Source: Oscillospiraceae bacterium
GTDB taxonomy: Bacteria; Bacillota; Clostridia; Oscillospirales; Oscillospiraceae
DNA length: 64,000 nt
Direction: 5' to 3'
Assembly (NCBI GenBank): GCA_017465025.1
Contig: JAFTXM010000113.1
Span: 626-64,625 of the forward strand
Part shown: in pieces, positions 50,915 to 60,685 of the stretch
Layout: each line of letters opens with the position of its first letter
How positions within the stretch are numbered: the first letter of the stretch is position 1
Made by a program: the position numbers and the translations under genes
The notes under the pieces: generated by a model
What the model was told of the DNA's origin: nothing
Databases searched by the model: none
The model's input: the letters and a program-made list of their open reading frames with translations, nothing else

Positions 50915-51685
50915 ATGGATAATATAATTTTAAAAAACCATATCAGTGAGGCTTTTATGAATATACACGAGTATAAGCTCAAGGGAAAGGTGAATAAGCC
51001 CCGCCGCGTGGCCCTGGTAGCTGACGTGCACGACAGAGATGCGGATTTGCTTTTGATTTTACTGAGAGCAAAGCACCCTGATATAATCGCCGTTGCCGGA
51101 GATCTGACCAATAATAAAACACGCCATGCCCAAAAGCTGAGAGATACTCTTATGGCTCTTGCGGACATTGCCCCCTGCTTTTATTCTCTTGGAAACCACG
51201 AGTATGATTTTACGGATAAAAGCGCCCGCATGGTGGAAGAGTGTGGGGTAAGGCTGCTGTTGGATGAGTATGAAAATTGGAACGAGCTTTGTATAGGCGG
51301 TCTTCGCTCCCGCTCCAGGTATCGCCCTTTCCCCAAGGGCAGGAGCACTGCTCCGCCCCGCCTTGGCTGGCTGGAGGATTTTGAAAGGCAGCCCGGCTAT
51401 AAGATACTTCTGAGCCATCATCCGGAGTATTACAAGCCGTATCTCAGAGAGCGCAATATCGACCTTGTCCTCTCCGGTCATGCCCATGGCGGGCAGATAC
51501 GGCTTTTTGACCATGGCCTCTTTGCGCCGGGGCAGGGGATATGGCCTGAGTACACCAAGGGTCTGCATGAGGGGCGCTTTATAATAAGCGCCGGGCTTGC
51601 CAATACAGAGCCTATGATACCAAGGCTCTTCAATCCGACAGAGCTTGTCATAATTGATATTGAAAAAGAGCATCCCGCAGTTTGA
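50915..51685 (+). CDS. metallophosphoesterase (calcineurin-like)
   Basis: VADVHD, GDL, GNHE and SGHAHGGQ motifs. The ORF extension back to 50777 overlaps the ABC gene, so I do not use it. Confidence 0.8.
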   Translation: MDNIILKNHISEAFMNIHEYKLKGKVNKPRRVALVADVHDRDADLLLILLRAKHPDIIAVAGDLTNNKTRHAQKLRDTLMALADIAPCFYSLGNHEYDFTDKSARMVEECGVRLLLDEYENWNELCIGGLRSRSRYRPFPKGRSTAPPRLGWLEDFERQPGYKILLSHHPEYYKPYLRERNIDLVLSGHAHGGQIRLFDHGLFAPGQGIWPEYTKGLHEGRFIISAGLANTEPMIPRLFNPTELVIIDIEKEHPAV

Positions 51686-51704
51686 AATAAACTGCGGGAT
51701 AATT

Positions 51705-52481
51705 TTATACCGGGCATTGCTTACCTGTGTGGTCTATGGTGTAATCTCCGTCCAGCAATATTTGTGAAATGGGAACTATGGTATAGCCCTCAGCCAGAAG
51801 ACCCTCGATTATCCCCGGCAGGGCGGCAGGGGTGTTTTCCGCTGCGTTATGGAATAAAACGATGCTGCCCGGGCTTATGTTTTTAAGTACCCGGCTTTTG
51901 ATTTCCTCGGCGGAAATGCCCTTCCAGTCCAGACTGTCCACGTTCCACTGCACAGCCGTCATCCCCATGCTGTTTACGGCGTTTATCACATGGTCGTCAT
52001 ATTCTCCGTAGGGACAACGGAACAAGGTAGGTGCTACACCGGTGATAGCGGCTATCTTCTCATTGCAGCGGCTGATGTCCGCTACTATCTCGTCCTCGGA
52101 AAGCTTTGAAAAATGCGCGTGGTCGGAAGAGTGATTCATTATCTCGTTGCCCGCATCGTGCAGGGCTTTCACAGACTCGGGAAACTTATCCACCCATTCA
52201 CCCACCAGAAAGAAGGTGGTGTTTATCTCATACCTGTTAAGGATATCAATAAGCGTCTGGGTATCCTCGTTTCCCCATGCCGCGTCAAAGGACAATGCTA
52301 CTACCTTGTCATCCCTCTGCACACTGTATACCGGCAGCAGTCTTGTACTTGCGGAGGCGCCGACTATGGCGGGATTGTTCACCGTCCAGAACATGAGTAC
52401 TATCACAAGGATAAAACCCAGGGTGGAAAATAGACTCTTGTTTTTTCTGAATATGGCTTTCAGATCAATCATGTTCATCAC
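51705..52481 (-). CDS. polysaccharide deacetylase (NodB homology domain)
   Basis: LSFDAAWGNEDT, TFFLVGEW, HSSDH, LFRCPYGE and ILFHN motifs. N-terminal anchor. Confidence 0.9.
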   Translation of the reverse strand: MMNMIDLKAIFRKNKSLFSTLGFILVIVLMFWTVNNPAIVGASASTRLLPVYSVQRDDKVVALSFDAAWGNEDTQTLIDILNRYEINTTFFLVGEWVDKFPESVKALHDAGNEIMNHSSDHAHFSKLSEDEIVADISRCNEKIAAITGVAPTLFRCPYGEYDDHVINAVNSMGMTAVQWNVDSLDWKGISAEEIKSRVLKNISPGSIVLFHNAAENTPAALPGIIEGLLAEGYTIVPISQILLDGDYTIDHTGKQCPV

Positions 52482-52568
52482 TCCTTTTGGTACATATTAT
52501 GATGAACGTAAGGCCGTTATTTGCCGAAAAAATAGGCGCAGAAAGCTCAGCTTTCCGCGCCTGTGTGA

Positions 52569-53063
52569 TTACTTGTTTCTCAGAGCTTTCAATTCCCGGG
52601 CTTCTTTTCCGGTAATATGCTCAACGCTCATCTCAAGCATACAAAGTGCGTCCCATTCCTTGTTTATCATTCCGTCCCGCTGCTCCTTCGTATGCTGCGG
52701 CACATATTTTTCCGCAAGCTTTCTGATGGCAAAGAGCTTTTGAAGCTCGTCATCAATTATACTTATTCTGCCGAAAACTATGACGCTCTGATAATGGGTG
52801 GTGTACTCCTCCGGGGAAATTATATCCTGAGCTATTACGCAGAAAGAGGCCTTGTCGTTTCTTTTTATGGCATCTATCTTGTGCCCTGTCTTGGCACAGT
52901 GAAAATACAGTTTGTCCCCATCGTAGACATAGGATATGGGCAGGGCGTAGGGATATTCATTATCCCCGGAAAGGGCCAGTACGCCGGAGCTTCCGGCATA
53001 CAGTATCTCTTTTGCCTCATCTTCTGTCAGAGCCTGCTTCCCCCGTCTCATTTCTCTGAACAT
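52569..53063 (-). CDS. pyridoxamine 5'-phosphate oxidase family (FMN-binding split barrel) protein
   Basis: MFREMRRGKQAL...GVLAL...PYALPISYVY...LYFHCA matches the general stress/PNPOx-like family. Start taken at the internal ATG. Confidence 0.75.
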   Translation of the reverse strand: MFREMRRGKQALTEDEAKEILYAGSSGVLALSGDNEYPYALPISYVYDGDKLYFHCAKTGHKIDAIKRNDKASFCVIAQDIISPEEYTTHYQSVIVFGRISIIDDELQKLFAIRKLAEKYVPQHTKEQRDGMINKEWDALCMLEMSVEHITGKEARELKALRNK

Positions 53064-53143
53064 AGCGTATCCTCCGTGTAATATAGTGACAATATTAAAG
53101 CACAGCAAAACGGCATGGTCAAGTGACCATGCCGTTTAAAAAC

Positions 53144-53497
53144 TTATGCTGATTCAGAAATATGGATCTCCTTGATGTTGAAATCCCTGCCGCTGAGCAC
53201 TTCCTTTTCAAAGCTGCCGCAGTTTGGGCAGTAGCCCTGATTTTCTATGACGTTGAATATTTCGTCGCAGTCCTCACACTCGGCAAGACCGGGAACTGTT
53301 TCGAGAATGAGCTTTGCATCCTTGAGAAGCGGGATATCCGCCACAACGACCGGGTAAATCTCCTCAAGATACTGTGGAATGACCAATGAAAGCTCACCCA
53401 CCTGACAGACAACTTCCTCAATACGCTCTATTTTGTTTTCCGCGGCGTAATCCATAAGGGTCTTGCACATACTTCTGACTATGCCGATCTCATGCAT
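53144..53497 (-). CDS. hypA: hydrogenase nickel-incorporation protein HypA-like
   Basis: MHE N-terminus (Ni site) and CEDC...CPNCGS zinc site. Confidence 0.8.
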   Translation of the reverse strand: MHEIGIVRSMCKTLMDYAAENKIERIEEVVCQVGELSLVIPQYLEEIYPVVVADIPLLKDAKLILETVPGLAECEDCDEIFNVIENQGYCPNCGSFEKEVLSGRDFNIKEIHISESA

Positions 53498-53512
53498 ATT
53501 AGGTCACCAGCT

Positions 53513-56194
53513 TTACTTTTTGCCCAGCTTTTTCTTTGCCAGACGGCCTACGGCGTGAGGTGCGTTGCTCACGGCGGTCAGCAGAGTGCGGAAGTAGGGA
53601 GTGCCCACGTTGTCAATGGTCTTTTCCAGCTTGATGGCATCAAACTTGCAGTGAGTGGTGCAAACGCCGCAGCCCACACACAGGTCTTCGTCAATAACCA
53701 CGCAGCCGCAGCCAAGGCAGCGGTCAGCTTCCTTCTTTATCTGCTCCTCGGTGAGAGTGCCGCGCAGATCCTTGAAGGTCTTCTTCGCCTCGGCAGCGGA
53801 GCCGCCTGCGGCCTTCTGTCTGGGAGCGGTGTCAAAGGAACCGACGGAGATTGCGATGGTGGAGGTATCCAGAGACTTGTATTCGCGCTTGTCGCGACCG
53901 TAGAACTGGGTCTGACCTTCGTGTACGTAGCGGTGGATGGAGATGGAGCCTTCCTTGCCTGCTGCAATTGCATCTATGGCAAACTTGGGGCCGGTCACAA
54001 CATCGCCGCCTGCGAACACATCGGGGATGGAGGTCTGGTAGCTGATATCGGCTACTGCTACGGTACCATCGGGGTTGAGACGGAAGTTTGCAATGCCGGA
54101 AAGGTCGATCTTCTGACCGATGGCGGAGATGACGCAATCCACGGGAATGGTCTCAAACTTGCCGGTAGCTACGGGCTTTCTGCGGCCGTTTGCGTCGGCT
54201 TCACCAAGCTCCATAAGCTCGACCTTGAGCTGCTCTGCCTTGCCTTCGCCCAGTATCTCCACAGGAGTGGACAGGAAGCGGAACTTCACGCCCTCAGCCT
54301 CGGCCTCGGCAACTTCCTCTGCGTCGGCGGGCATTTCGTCTCTGCCGCGGCGGTAGATGATGCTCACATCCTCAGCTCCAAGACGGACTGCGGTACGTGC
54401 AACGTCAATTGCCACATTGCCGCCGCCGATAACGGCAACAGCCTTGCCGACGGAAACTTCCTTGCCAAGGTTGACGTCTCTCAGGAAATCGACGCCGGTG
54501 AGCACACCGGGGAGATTGTCGCCGGTGCAGCCGATGGCAGCGCCCTTGGATGCGCCTATGCCAAGATAGAAGGCCTTGTAGCCCTCGGCACGAAGCTGGT
54601 CAAGAGTGACATCCTTACCGACCTCAACACCGCACTTGAACTCAACACCCAGTTCCTTGAGAATATCAATTTCAGCATTTACAACGTCCTTGTCCAGACG
54701 GAAGGAGGGAATGCCCAGAGTCAGCATACCGCCAAGCTTCTCTTCCTTTTCAAACACGGTCACAGGGTAGCCCTTCACTGCCAGATAGTAGGCACAGCTC
54801 ATGCCGGCGGGGCCTGCGCCGATGACGGCGATCTTCTCGGGATAGGGTCTGCCGGTCTGGTTGAGCATTTTGGGCACGTAGCGGGTCTCGCTGTCCAGAT
54901 CCTTCTCGGCTATGAACTTCTTTATATCGTCGATAGCCACGGAAGAGTCGATTATGCCACGGGTGCAGGCTTCCTCACAGGCCTTGTTGCAGATACGTCC
55001 GCATACGGCGGGGAAGGGGTTTTCCTTCTTGATAAGCTCAAGAGCTTCCTTGTAGCGGCCCATGGAGGCAAGCTTGATATAGCCCTGAACGGGGATGTGA
55101 GCAGGGCAGGTAGCTTTACAGGGAGCAGTGCCGCTTTCCATGACATCTTCTCTGTTGGTGCGGTACTCAACGTTGTAGCTCTTCTTGTCCCAGGGAATGG
55201 CCTGGTCGGAGTCATAGGCATCGGAAATGCAGGGGTTGTCAATGCAGTTTTTCTGACCAAGCTTCAGTGCATTGGTCTGGCAATGCTCCACGCACTGACC
55301 GCAGGCCACGCAGTTTTCCTTGTTGACCCGGGCAACATAGTTGGAGCGGATGGCGTTCTTGGAGCGGAACAGCTCGGCTATACGCAGGGCGTAGCAGGAG
55401 CAGCCGCAGCAGTTACATATTGCGGTGGCATCCTCAAAGCCGGGAGTCTGGTTTATCTCGTGGACAAGACCGTTTTCCTCGGCGCGCTTGAGTATCTCGT
55501 ACACCTCTTCCTTGGTAATGGCGCGGTGTGCACCGGACTTGACGAAGTTAACGGCATTATCGTTGAGATAGATGCACATATCGTCCTCAAGATGTCCGCA
55601 GCCTTCGCCGATAAGGCGGCGGGAACGGCGGCAGGAGCAGGGGCCTACGGAGAAAGCGAAAGATTTCTCAATAAGGGTGCTCAGCTCGTCGTAGGAGGCG
55701 GTGCGGGAGTTATTTTCAACTGCGGTCATGACGGGCATAACGCGCATAAAGCTCATGCCGGCCTTGCCGGAGTTGAGAGTGGGTACCAGCACTTCAAGTC
55801 TGCGGCGGGTGTATTCCTCAAAGCAGGCGCCGAGATCAGGATATCTGTCGCACTGCTCACGGTTGGAGAGAATACCTTCCATAATGCCGGGCACCCAGAT
55901 GGGATAGTAGTAGTTGAGCACACCGTCAACCACGCGACCGCGGACGATACCTGCCACAACCAGCTTATCGATCTGCTGCTGAACAAATGCCACATCTTTC
56001 TTGCAGCGTCTTGCCAGCTCTTCGGGAGTACGGTCTTTCTCAAGACGCATATGCATCATTACTTCGCACATGTCGTCATCTACTATAGGGGCGAGAATCC
56101 TGTACTCAGGGTCTTTGTAAGTAATGCCGGTGTAGGTGAGAGACTCAAGGCTTATCTTTGTAGCCAGTTTAAGTATGTTTGGCCTGTTTGCCAT
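53513..56194 (-). CDS. multidomain Fe-S flavoprotein: N-terminal Cys-rich/4Fe-4S region + GltD-like NAD(P)H/FAD oxidoreductase + C-terminal 2x[4Fe-4S] ferredoxin
   Basis: CVACGQCVEHC. VIGAGPAGMSCAYYLA and VIGGGNVAIDVAR dinucleotide folds. CLGCGC...CVGCGVCTTHC at the C-terminus. Confidence 0.8.
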   Translation of the reverse strand: MANRPNILKLATKISLESLTYTGITYKDPEYRILAPIVDDDMCEVMMHMRLEKDRTPEELARRCKKDVAFVQQQIDKLVVAGIVRGRVVDGVLNYYYPIWVPGIMEGILSNREQCDRYPDLGACFEEYTRRRLEVLVPTLNSGKAGMSFMRVMPVMTAVENNSRTASYDELSTLIEKSFAFSVGPCSCRRSRRLIGEGCGHLEDDMCIYLNDNAVNFVKSGAHRAITKEEVYEILKRAEENGLVHEINQTPGFEDATAICNCCGCSCYALRIAELFRSKNAIRSNYVARVNKENCVACGQCVEHCQTNALKLGQKNCIDNPCISDAYDSDQAIPWDKKSYNVEYRTNREDVMESGTAPCKATCPAHIPVQGYIKLASMGRYKEALELIKKENPFPAVCGRICNKACEEACTRGIIDSSVAIDDIKKFIAEKDLDSETRYVPKMLNQTGRPYPEKIAVIGAGPAGMSCAYYLAVKGYPVTVFEKEEKLGGMLTLGIPSFRLDKDVVNAEIDILKELGVEFKCGVEVGKDVTLDQLRAEGYKAFYLGIGASKGAAIGCTGDNLPGVLTGVDFLRDVNLGKEVSVGKAVAVIGGGNVAIDVARTAVRLGAEDVSIIYRRGRDEMPADAEEVAEAEAEGVKFRFLSTPVEILGEGKAEQLKVELMELGEADANGRRKPVATGKFETIPVDCVISAIGQKIDLSGIANFRLNPDGTVAVADISYQTSIPDVFAGGDVVTGPKFAIDAIAAGKEGSISIHRYVHEGQTQFYGRDKREYKSLDTSTIAISVGSFDTAPRQKAAGGSAAEAKKTFKDLRGTLTEEQIKKEADRCLGCGCVVIDEDLCVGCGVCTTHCKFDAIKLEKTIDNVGTPYFRTLLTAVSNAPHAVGRLAKKKLGKK

Positions 56195-56446
56195 AGTTTA
56201 ACCCCTTTCTTTTTGTCACAAATAAACGTTGTGTCTAAACAAACCGTTCTAATTTGTTAAAATATTGTTGGCGTGGTTGTACCACAGATATTTTACACCA
56301 TTGCAGAATTTTTCGCAATATTGGATTGATGATTGTACGACAAATTTTTGCAATCCGATTTGTGCAGATGCTCCAAAAACAGGCCCCGCTTGATTTTTGC
56401 AAGGGCTGATAATATAATGTTGTCAGATAATTCAGAGGTTGTTGGT

Positions 56447-56950
56447 ATGGATGATATAAACCAGTTTGAAATAGAGCGCAAATTTCTCATCCGCATGCCG
56501 GATATTGCTTGTCTTGGCAGGGACGGGGAATTGAGTCATATAGTGCAGACCTATCTTAAAACGGAAGATGGCAGCGAGAGAGTCCGCAAGCGGGGCAGGG
56601 AAGGCGAGTATACTTATACCCACACGGTGAAAAAGCGCCTTTCAGACCTTCGCCGGATAGAGCAGGAGCGGGTAATATCGGAGGGAGAATATCTTTCTCT
56701 TTTGCGCCTTGCCGACCCTGACATGAGCACAATATATAAGGACAGGTACTGCATAGACTATATGGGGCAGATACTTGAAATAGATATTTTCCCTTTTTAT
56801 TCCGACAGGGCTTTTCTCGAAATAGAGCTTTCAGATGAGTCGCAGCAGATTTTTATTCCACCCTGGATTGATGTGATAAAAGAGGTCACGGAAGATAAGC
56901 GATATACCAATGCGGCCCTTGCCAGGAATATACCCTACGACCCAATATGA
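56447..56950 (+). CDS. CYTH domain protein (triphosphate tunnel metalloenzyme)
   Basis: The EIERKFL signature is near the N-terminus. The ATG at 56447 follows GAGG. Confidence 0.8.
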   Translation: MDDINQFEIERKFLIRMPDIACLGRDGELSHIVQTYLKTEDGSERVRKRGREGEYTYTHTVKKRLSDLRRIEQERVISEGEYLSLLRLADPDMSTIYKDRYCIDYMGQILEIDIFPFYSDRAFLEIELSDESQQIFIPPWIDVIKEVTEDKRYTNAALARNIPYDPI

Positions 56951-57050
56951 AATGGAAACTATTTCCCTCTTTTTGCGTCAAAAAGCTGTACAATCGATTT
57001 TAGGTTTTGACTTGCCGTGAAGATGATCTGCGGCGGAAAGGAGCATCTAT

Positions 57051-58367
57051 ATGAAAAAAATTTTGTGCATTGCCCTTGTGCTTGCAATATCTTTCACCTT
57101 ATTTGGCTGTTCAGCGCTGGAAGAGCTTGACCTTCCGCCTCTTCCCGATGTGGATAGTATCAAAGAACAGCAGGCAGAGGAAGTCGTGGAAACCAGTGCA
57201 CCGGTGGAGACAATGCTGCCCCTTCCCACGCCTGAACCCTTGGCGGCAGAGCATGTTATTGTCAATATAAGCTCATACAGCGAGACCTTTTTGGACCCAC
57301 AGCACGGCACGGAGCCCATATTGGAATATTCTTATCAGCTGCCTGTGGTGTATGTGGAAGGCAGAGATGAAATCAGCGCAGTCATTAACGAGCATATTGC
57401 CCACATAAATGAAACCTATCAGACAGGAAATGACTATGGGTTCGGCACTCACAGCGGTGTGAATATCTATCTTGAAATGGCCACGGATAATTACACCTAT
57501 ATGGTCAATACCGGGGAAGAGAGCAGCCCTCTGCCGTATTTCTACGGTTACACGGTCAAGGTTCCCAGAGGGGATGAAAAAATTCTCAGTCTCAGATATA
57601 ATATTCAGGACTTTATCGGCGGGGCTCACGGCAATTATGTGGACAGAGCCTATGTTTTTGATACCGTATCCGGGGAGCGCATTACTTTGGATATGCTCTC
57701 GCCGGATGCTGATGCCTTTAAAAGCTTCCTGCACACATATATGCTTTCCCTCTATGAAGCAGACGAGGGAGGCTATTACTCCGAGAGAGTGGCAGAAGAA
57801 AACTTTTTTGAAGGTCCGGTCTCCGATGCTCTGGCGGCCCTGATCCGTGAAGGCAGCTGGTATCTGGGCGATAAGGGAATGGTTGTTTTTTCGGATATTT
57901 ATGAGCTTGGCCCATACGCTGCCGGTATCTGCGAGTTTATAATTCCCTACAGCGAGCTTGCCGCCTATATAGATGCCAGATGGCTTCCTGCGGAAAAAGC
58001 CGGTGAGGGCAGCTTCAGTGTCCTGCCGCAAAGCGCGATTGCAGAAGGCTCCGCGCAGATAATCGACCGGGTCACGGTAGACGCCGAGGGTGAGCAGCTT
58101 TGCCTTGTGGCAGAGGGTACAGTCTATGATATCCGCCTTTCAAAAGTCAGTTATGCAGACAGATTTTATGAAACGGCTCAGCTCTGGGCGTGCAGCTACA
58201 TGGAGGACTGCCTCTTACAGCTGGATATTATTGTGCCTGAGGGTATTCCCGACCTGATGCTCAGATATACGGATGGCGCAGGCGTGGAGCACACCAAGCT
58301 CATAAGCCGCAGCGGGCTTGACGGCTCCTATACCCTTATTGACGATGATATTGAGGCTGTAGGCTGA
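57051..58367 (+). CDS. lipoprotein with DUF3298/DUF4163-like domains
   Basis: Lipobox LFGC at residues 17-20. FIGGAHGNY motif typical of DUF3298. Confidence 0.7.
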   Translation: MKKILCIALVLAISFTLFGCSALEELDLPPLPDVDSIKEQQAEEVVETSAPVETMLPLPTPEPLAAEHVIVNISSYSETFLDPQHGTEPILEYSYQLPVVYVEGRDEISAVINEHIAHINETYQTGNDYGFGTHSGVNIYLEMATDNYTYMVNTGEESSPLPYFYGYTVKVPRGDEKILSLRYNIQDFIGGAHGNYVDRAYVFDTVSGERITLDMLSPDADAFKSFLHTYMLSLYEADEGGYYSERVAEENFFEGPVSDALAALIREGSWYLGDKGMVVFSDIYELGPYAAGICEFIIPYSELAAYIDARWLPAEKAGEGSFSVLPQSAIAEGSAQIIDRVTVDAEGEQLCLVAEGTVYDIRLSKVSYADRFYETAQLWACSYMEDCLLQLDIIVPEGIPDLMLRYTDGAGVEHTKLISRSGLDGSYTLIDDDIEAVG

Positions 58368-58406
58368 AAAAGCTGAAAAAAACAACAAAATATAGGCCAA
58401 AAACTG

Positions 58407-58435
58407 TTGACAGGACAGGCTTTTCATGTTATTCT
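58407..58435 (+). promoter_or_regulatory. promoter of rplU-rpmA
   Basis: TTGACA, 17 nt, TATTCT, with an extended -10 TG. Confidence 0.6.
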
Positions 58436-58439
58436 CTTT

Positions 58440-58515
58440 AGGCCGCATTGAAGGGGTAGACAAGTCGGGCTGCTCCCGCACCTCAAGAGCGAGACCTGAA
58501 AAGAGGGAGGAAAAT
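58440..58515 (+). promoter_or_regulatory. structured 5' leader of rplU (possible L21 leader)
   Basis: Roughly 80-nt GC-rich leader between the promoter and the SD. Placement matches the Firmicutes L21 leader, but I did not verify the structure. Confidence 0.3.
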
Positions 58516-58519
58516 CTAC

Positions 58520-58834
58520 ATGAAGCATGCTATCATCGTTACCGGTGGCAAGCAGTACCGCGTTGCAGAGGGCGACGTTATCTTCGTTGAGAAGATGGAC
58601 GCAGCCGCAGGCGAGACTGTTAAGTTCGAGCAGGTTCTGGCCGTCATCGACGGTGAGACCGCAGTGTTCGGCGCACCTGTTGTTGAAGGCGCAAGCGTTA
58701 CCGCAAATGTCGTGAAGAACGGCAAGAGCGCAAAGGTTCGCGTCTACAAGATGAAGCCCAAAAAGGGCTACCGCAGAACTCAGGGCCACAGACAGCCCTA
58801 CACCAAGGTCCAGATCGAAGCTATCAACGCCTGA
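58520..58834 (+). CDS. rplU: 50S ribosomal protein L21
   Basis: [19 protein letters not shown]... is canonical L21. Confidence 0.97.
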   Translation: MKHAIIVTGGKQYRVAEGDVIFVEKMDAAAGETVKFEQVLAVIDGETAVFGAPVVEGASVTANVVKNGKSAKVRVYKMKPKKGYRRTQGHRQPYTKVQIEAINA

Positions 58835-58872
58835 TTTGTTCCGCAAAATATGACTAATGGAGGATAACCTTA

Positions 58873-59136
58873 ATGGCACATAAAAAAGGTATGGGTTCTA
58901 CCAAGAACGGCCGCGACAGTGAGTCTAAGCGTCTTGGCGCCAAGAGAGCCGATGGACAGTTTGTTCTCGCCGGCAATATCCTTGTCAGACAGCGCGGAAC
59001 CAAGATCCACCCCGGCACCAACGTGGGTAAGGGTAAGGACGACACTCTGTTCGCTCTGATCGACGGCAAGGTGAAGTTCGAGCGCATGGGCAAGGACCGC
59101 AAGAAGGTCTCTGTTTACGAAGAAATCGCTCAGTAA
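58873..59136 (+). CDS. rpmA: 50S ribosomal protein L27
   Basis: [22 protein letters not shown] is canonical L27, with no cleavable N-terminal extension. Confidence 0.97.
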   Translation: MAHKKGMGSTKNGRDSESKRLGAKRADGQFVLAGNILVRQRGTKIHPGTNVGKGKDDTLFALIDGKVKFERMGKDRKKVSVYEEIAQ

Positions 59137-59145
59137 AAGACCATA

Positions 59146-59180
59146 ACAGGCCGGACAATATGCTCCGGTCTGTTTTTTTA
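59146..59180 (+). terminator. terminator/attenuator after rpmA
   Basis: ACAGGCCGGA-caatatgc-TCCGGTCTGT followed by TTTTTTT. Confidence 0.75.
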
Positions 59181-59212
59181 GCATTTTATCCGAAGATAGG
59201 AGGAGTGCAAGT

Positions 59213-60496
59213 ATGGCAACTTCTTTTGTTGATAAAGCCAGAATAAGTGTCCACGCCGGTAAGGGCGGCGACGGCGCAGTTTCTTTCCACCGTGAAAAAT
59301 ACGTTGCCGCAGGCGGCCCGGACGGCGGCGACGGCGGGCGTGGCGGTAGCGTGGTCTTTGTGGTGGACGACAATATGTCCACACTTATGGACTTTCGCTA
59401 TAAGCGCAAGTACGTTGCCGGCAATGGCAATAACGGCGGGGCAAAGCGCTGCTACGGCAAGGACGGAGAGACGCTTTATATAAAAGTTCCCCGTGGCACC
59501 ATCGTCCGTGATACAGAGACCGGCGCTATAATGCACGACATGTCCACAGGTGAAAATTTCACCGTTGCCAAAGGCGGCCGTGGCGGTTGGGGCAATATGC
59601 ATTTTGCCACGCCCACCCGTCAGGTACCACGCTTTGCAAAGCCCGGTCTGCCCGGAGAGAGCCACGATATTACTCTTGAGCTTAAGCTTTTGGCGGATGT
59701 TGGGCTGGTAGGCTTTCCCAATGTGGGCAAGTCCACCCTGCTTTCTGTCGTCAGCCGTGCTCACCCCAAAATTGCAAATTATCATTTTACCACGCTGTTC
59801 CCAAATCTTGGCGTTGTGTATGTGGATGAGGGCGTTTCCTTTGTCATGGCGGATATCCCCGGCATTATCGAGGGCGCGTCCGAGGGTGCGGGGCTTGGCC
59901 ATGATTTTCTTCGCCATATAGACCGCTGTCGTCTCTTAGTGCATCTGGTGGATGTCTCCGGCAGTGAAGGCCGTGACCCGGTGGCGGATTTTGACGCTAT
60001 CAACGCCGAGCTTGCCGAGTATAGTCCCGAGCTTGCCACACGTCCACAGCTGGTTGCTGCCAACAAGTGTGATATTCTTGGCGATGACCGGGAGAATATT
60101 GAGCGGCTCAAAGCCCATGTTGAGGAGCTTGGCTATCAGTTTTTCGAGATGAGCGCCGCTGCTCATACCGGTACAAGGGAGCTTGTGAAGGCCTGCTCCG
60201 GCTTGCTTGCAACTTTGCCTCCCGTGATAAGCTACGAGGCGGACTATGTTCCTCCAGAACACGTGGTGGACACCTCGGAAGACATTAGCATCGAGCACTT
60301 TGACGATATGTGGATCGTGGAAGGCCCCTGGCTTCAGCGACTTGTGGCCCGCATCAATTTTGAAGACTATGAAAGCCGTATGTACTTTGACCGAATTCTG
60401 CGTGAGGCCGGCGTGTATGAGCGCATGGAGCAGATGGGAGTCAAAGACGGCGACACCGTCAGTATGTACGATCTGATGTTTGAATATAAGGATTAA
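59213..60496 (+). CDS. obg: GTPase Obg/CgtA
   Basis: Glycine-rich Obg fold (GGDGGRGGSVV), G domain GFPNVGKST/DIPG/NKCD, and a C-terminal OCT domain. Confidence 0.96.
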   Translation: MATSFVDKARISVHAGKGGDGAVSFHREKYVAAGGPDGGDGGRGGSVVFVVDDNMSTLMDFRYKRKYVAGNGNNGGAKRCYGKDGETLYIKVPRGTIVRDTETGAIMHDMSTGENFTVAKGGRGGWGNMHFATPTRQVPRFAKPGLPGESHDITLELKLLADVGLVGFPNVGKSTLLSVVSRAHPKIANYHFTTLFPNLGVVYVDEGVSFVMADIPGIIEGASEGAGLGHDFLRHIDRCRLLVHLVDVSGSEGRDPVADFDAINAELAEYSPELATRPQLVAANKCDILGDDRENIERLKAHVEELGYQFFEMSAAAHTGTRELVKACSGLLATLPPVISYEADYVPPEHVVDTSEDISIEHFDDMWIVEGPWLQRLVARINFEDYESRMYFDRILREAGVYERMEQMGVKDGDTVSMYDLMFEYKD

Positions 60497-60511
60497 ATCA
60501 GACAAAGGAAA

Positions 60512-60547
60512 ATTCAGGAGGGCATAAAGCTCTCCTGAATTTTTTTG
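60512..60547. terminator. bidirectional terminator between obg and the convergent SASP fragment
   Basis: ATTCAGGAG-N11-CTCCTGAAT followed by TTTTTT. Confidence 0.8.
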
Positions 60548-60562
60548 TAATGATGCTCGCTT

Positions 60563-60685
60563 TTACTTGATACCGTTCTCGTAAGCCTCGATCATCTTCT
60601 TGACCATCTGACCACCGACGGAACCGGCCTGACGGCTGGTAAGGTCACCGTTGTAACCGTTCTTCAGGTTAACGCCGACTTCTCT
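60563..60685 (-). pseudogene. 3' half of an alpha/beta-type small acid-soluble spore protein gene, split by element insertion
   Basis: My hand translation gives ...REVGVNLKNGYNGDLTSRQAGSVGGQMVKKMIEAYENGIK*. This matches the C-terminal DNA-binding half of clostridial SASPs. The N-terminal half is missing, and an in-frame stop lies at 60704-60706. Confidence 0.8.

Noticed and set aside
53492-56260. A 922-aa ORF on the plus strand, the longest ORF in this part of the window.
   Set aside because: It lies exactly antisense to the 893-aa Fe-S flavoprotein gene, which has clear nucleotide-binding and 4Fe-4S motifs. Its translation is low-complexity (Gly/Ala/Val/Leu-rich) with no motifs. This is a typical shadow ORF in GC-rich, codon-biased DNA.
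58835-58872. No prp (ysxB) gene between rplU and rpmA, which is unusual for many Firmicutes.
   Set aside because: L27 here starts directly with [16 protein letters not shown] and has no N-terminal propeptide, so no Prp protease is needed. The arrangement is consistent and not anomalous.
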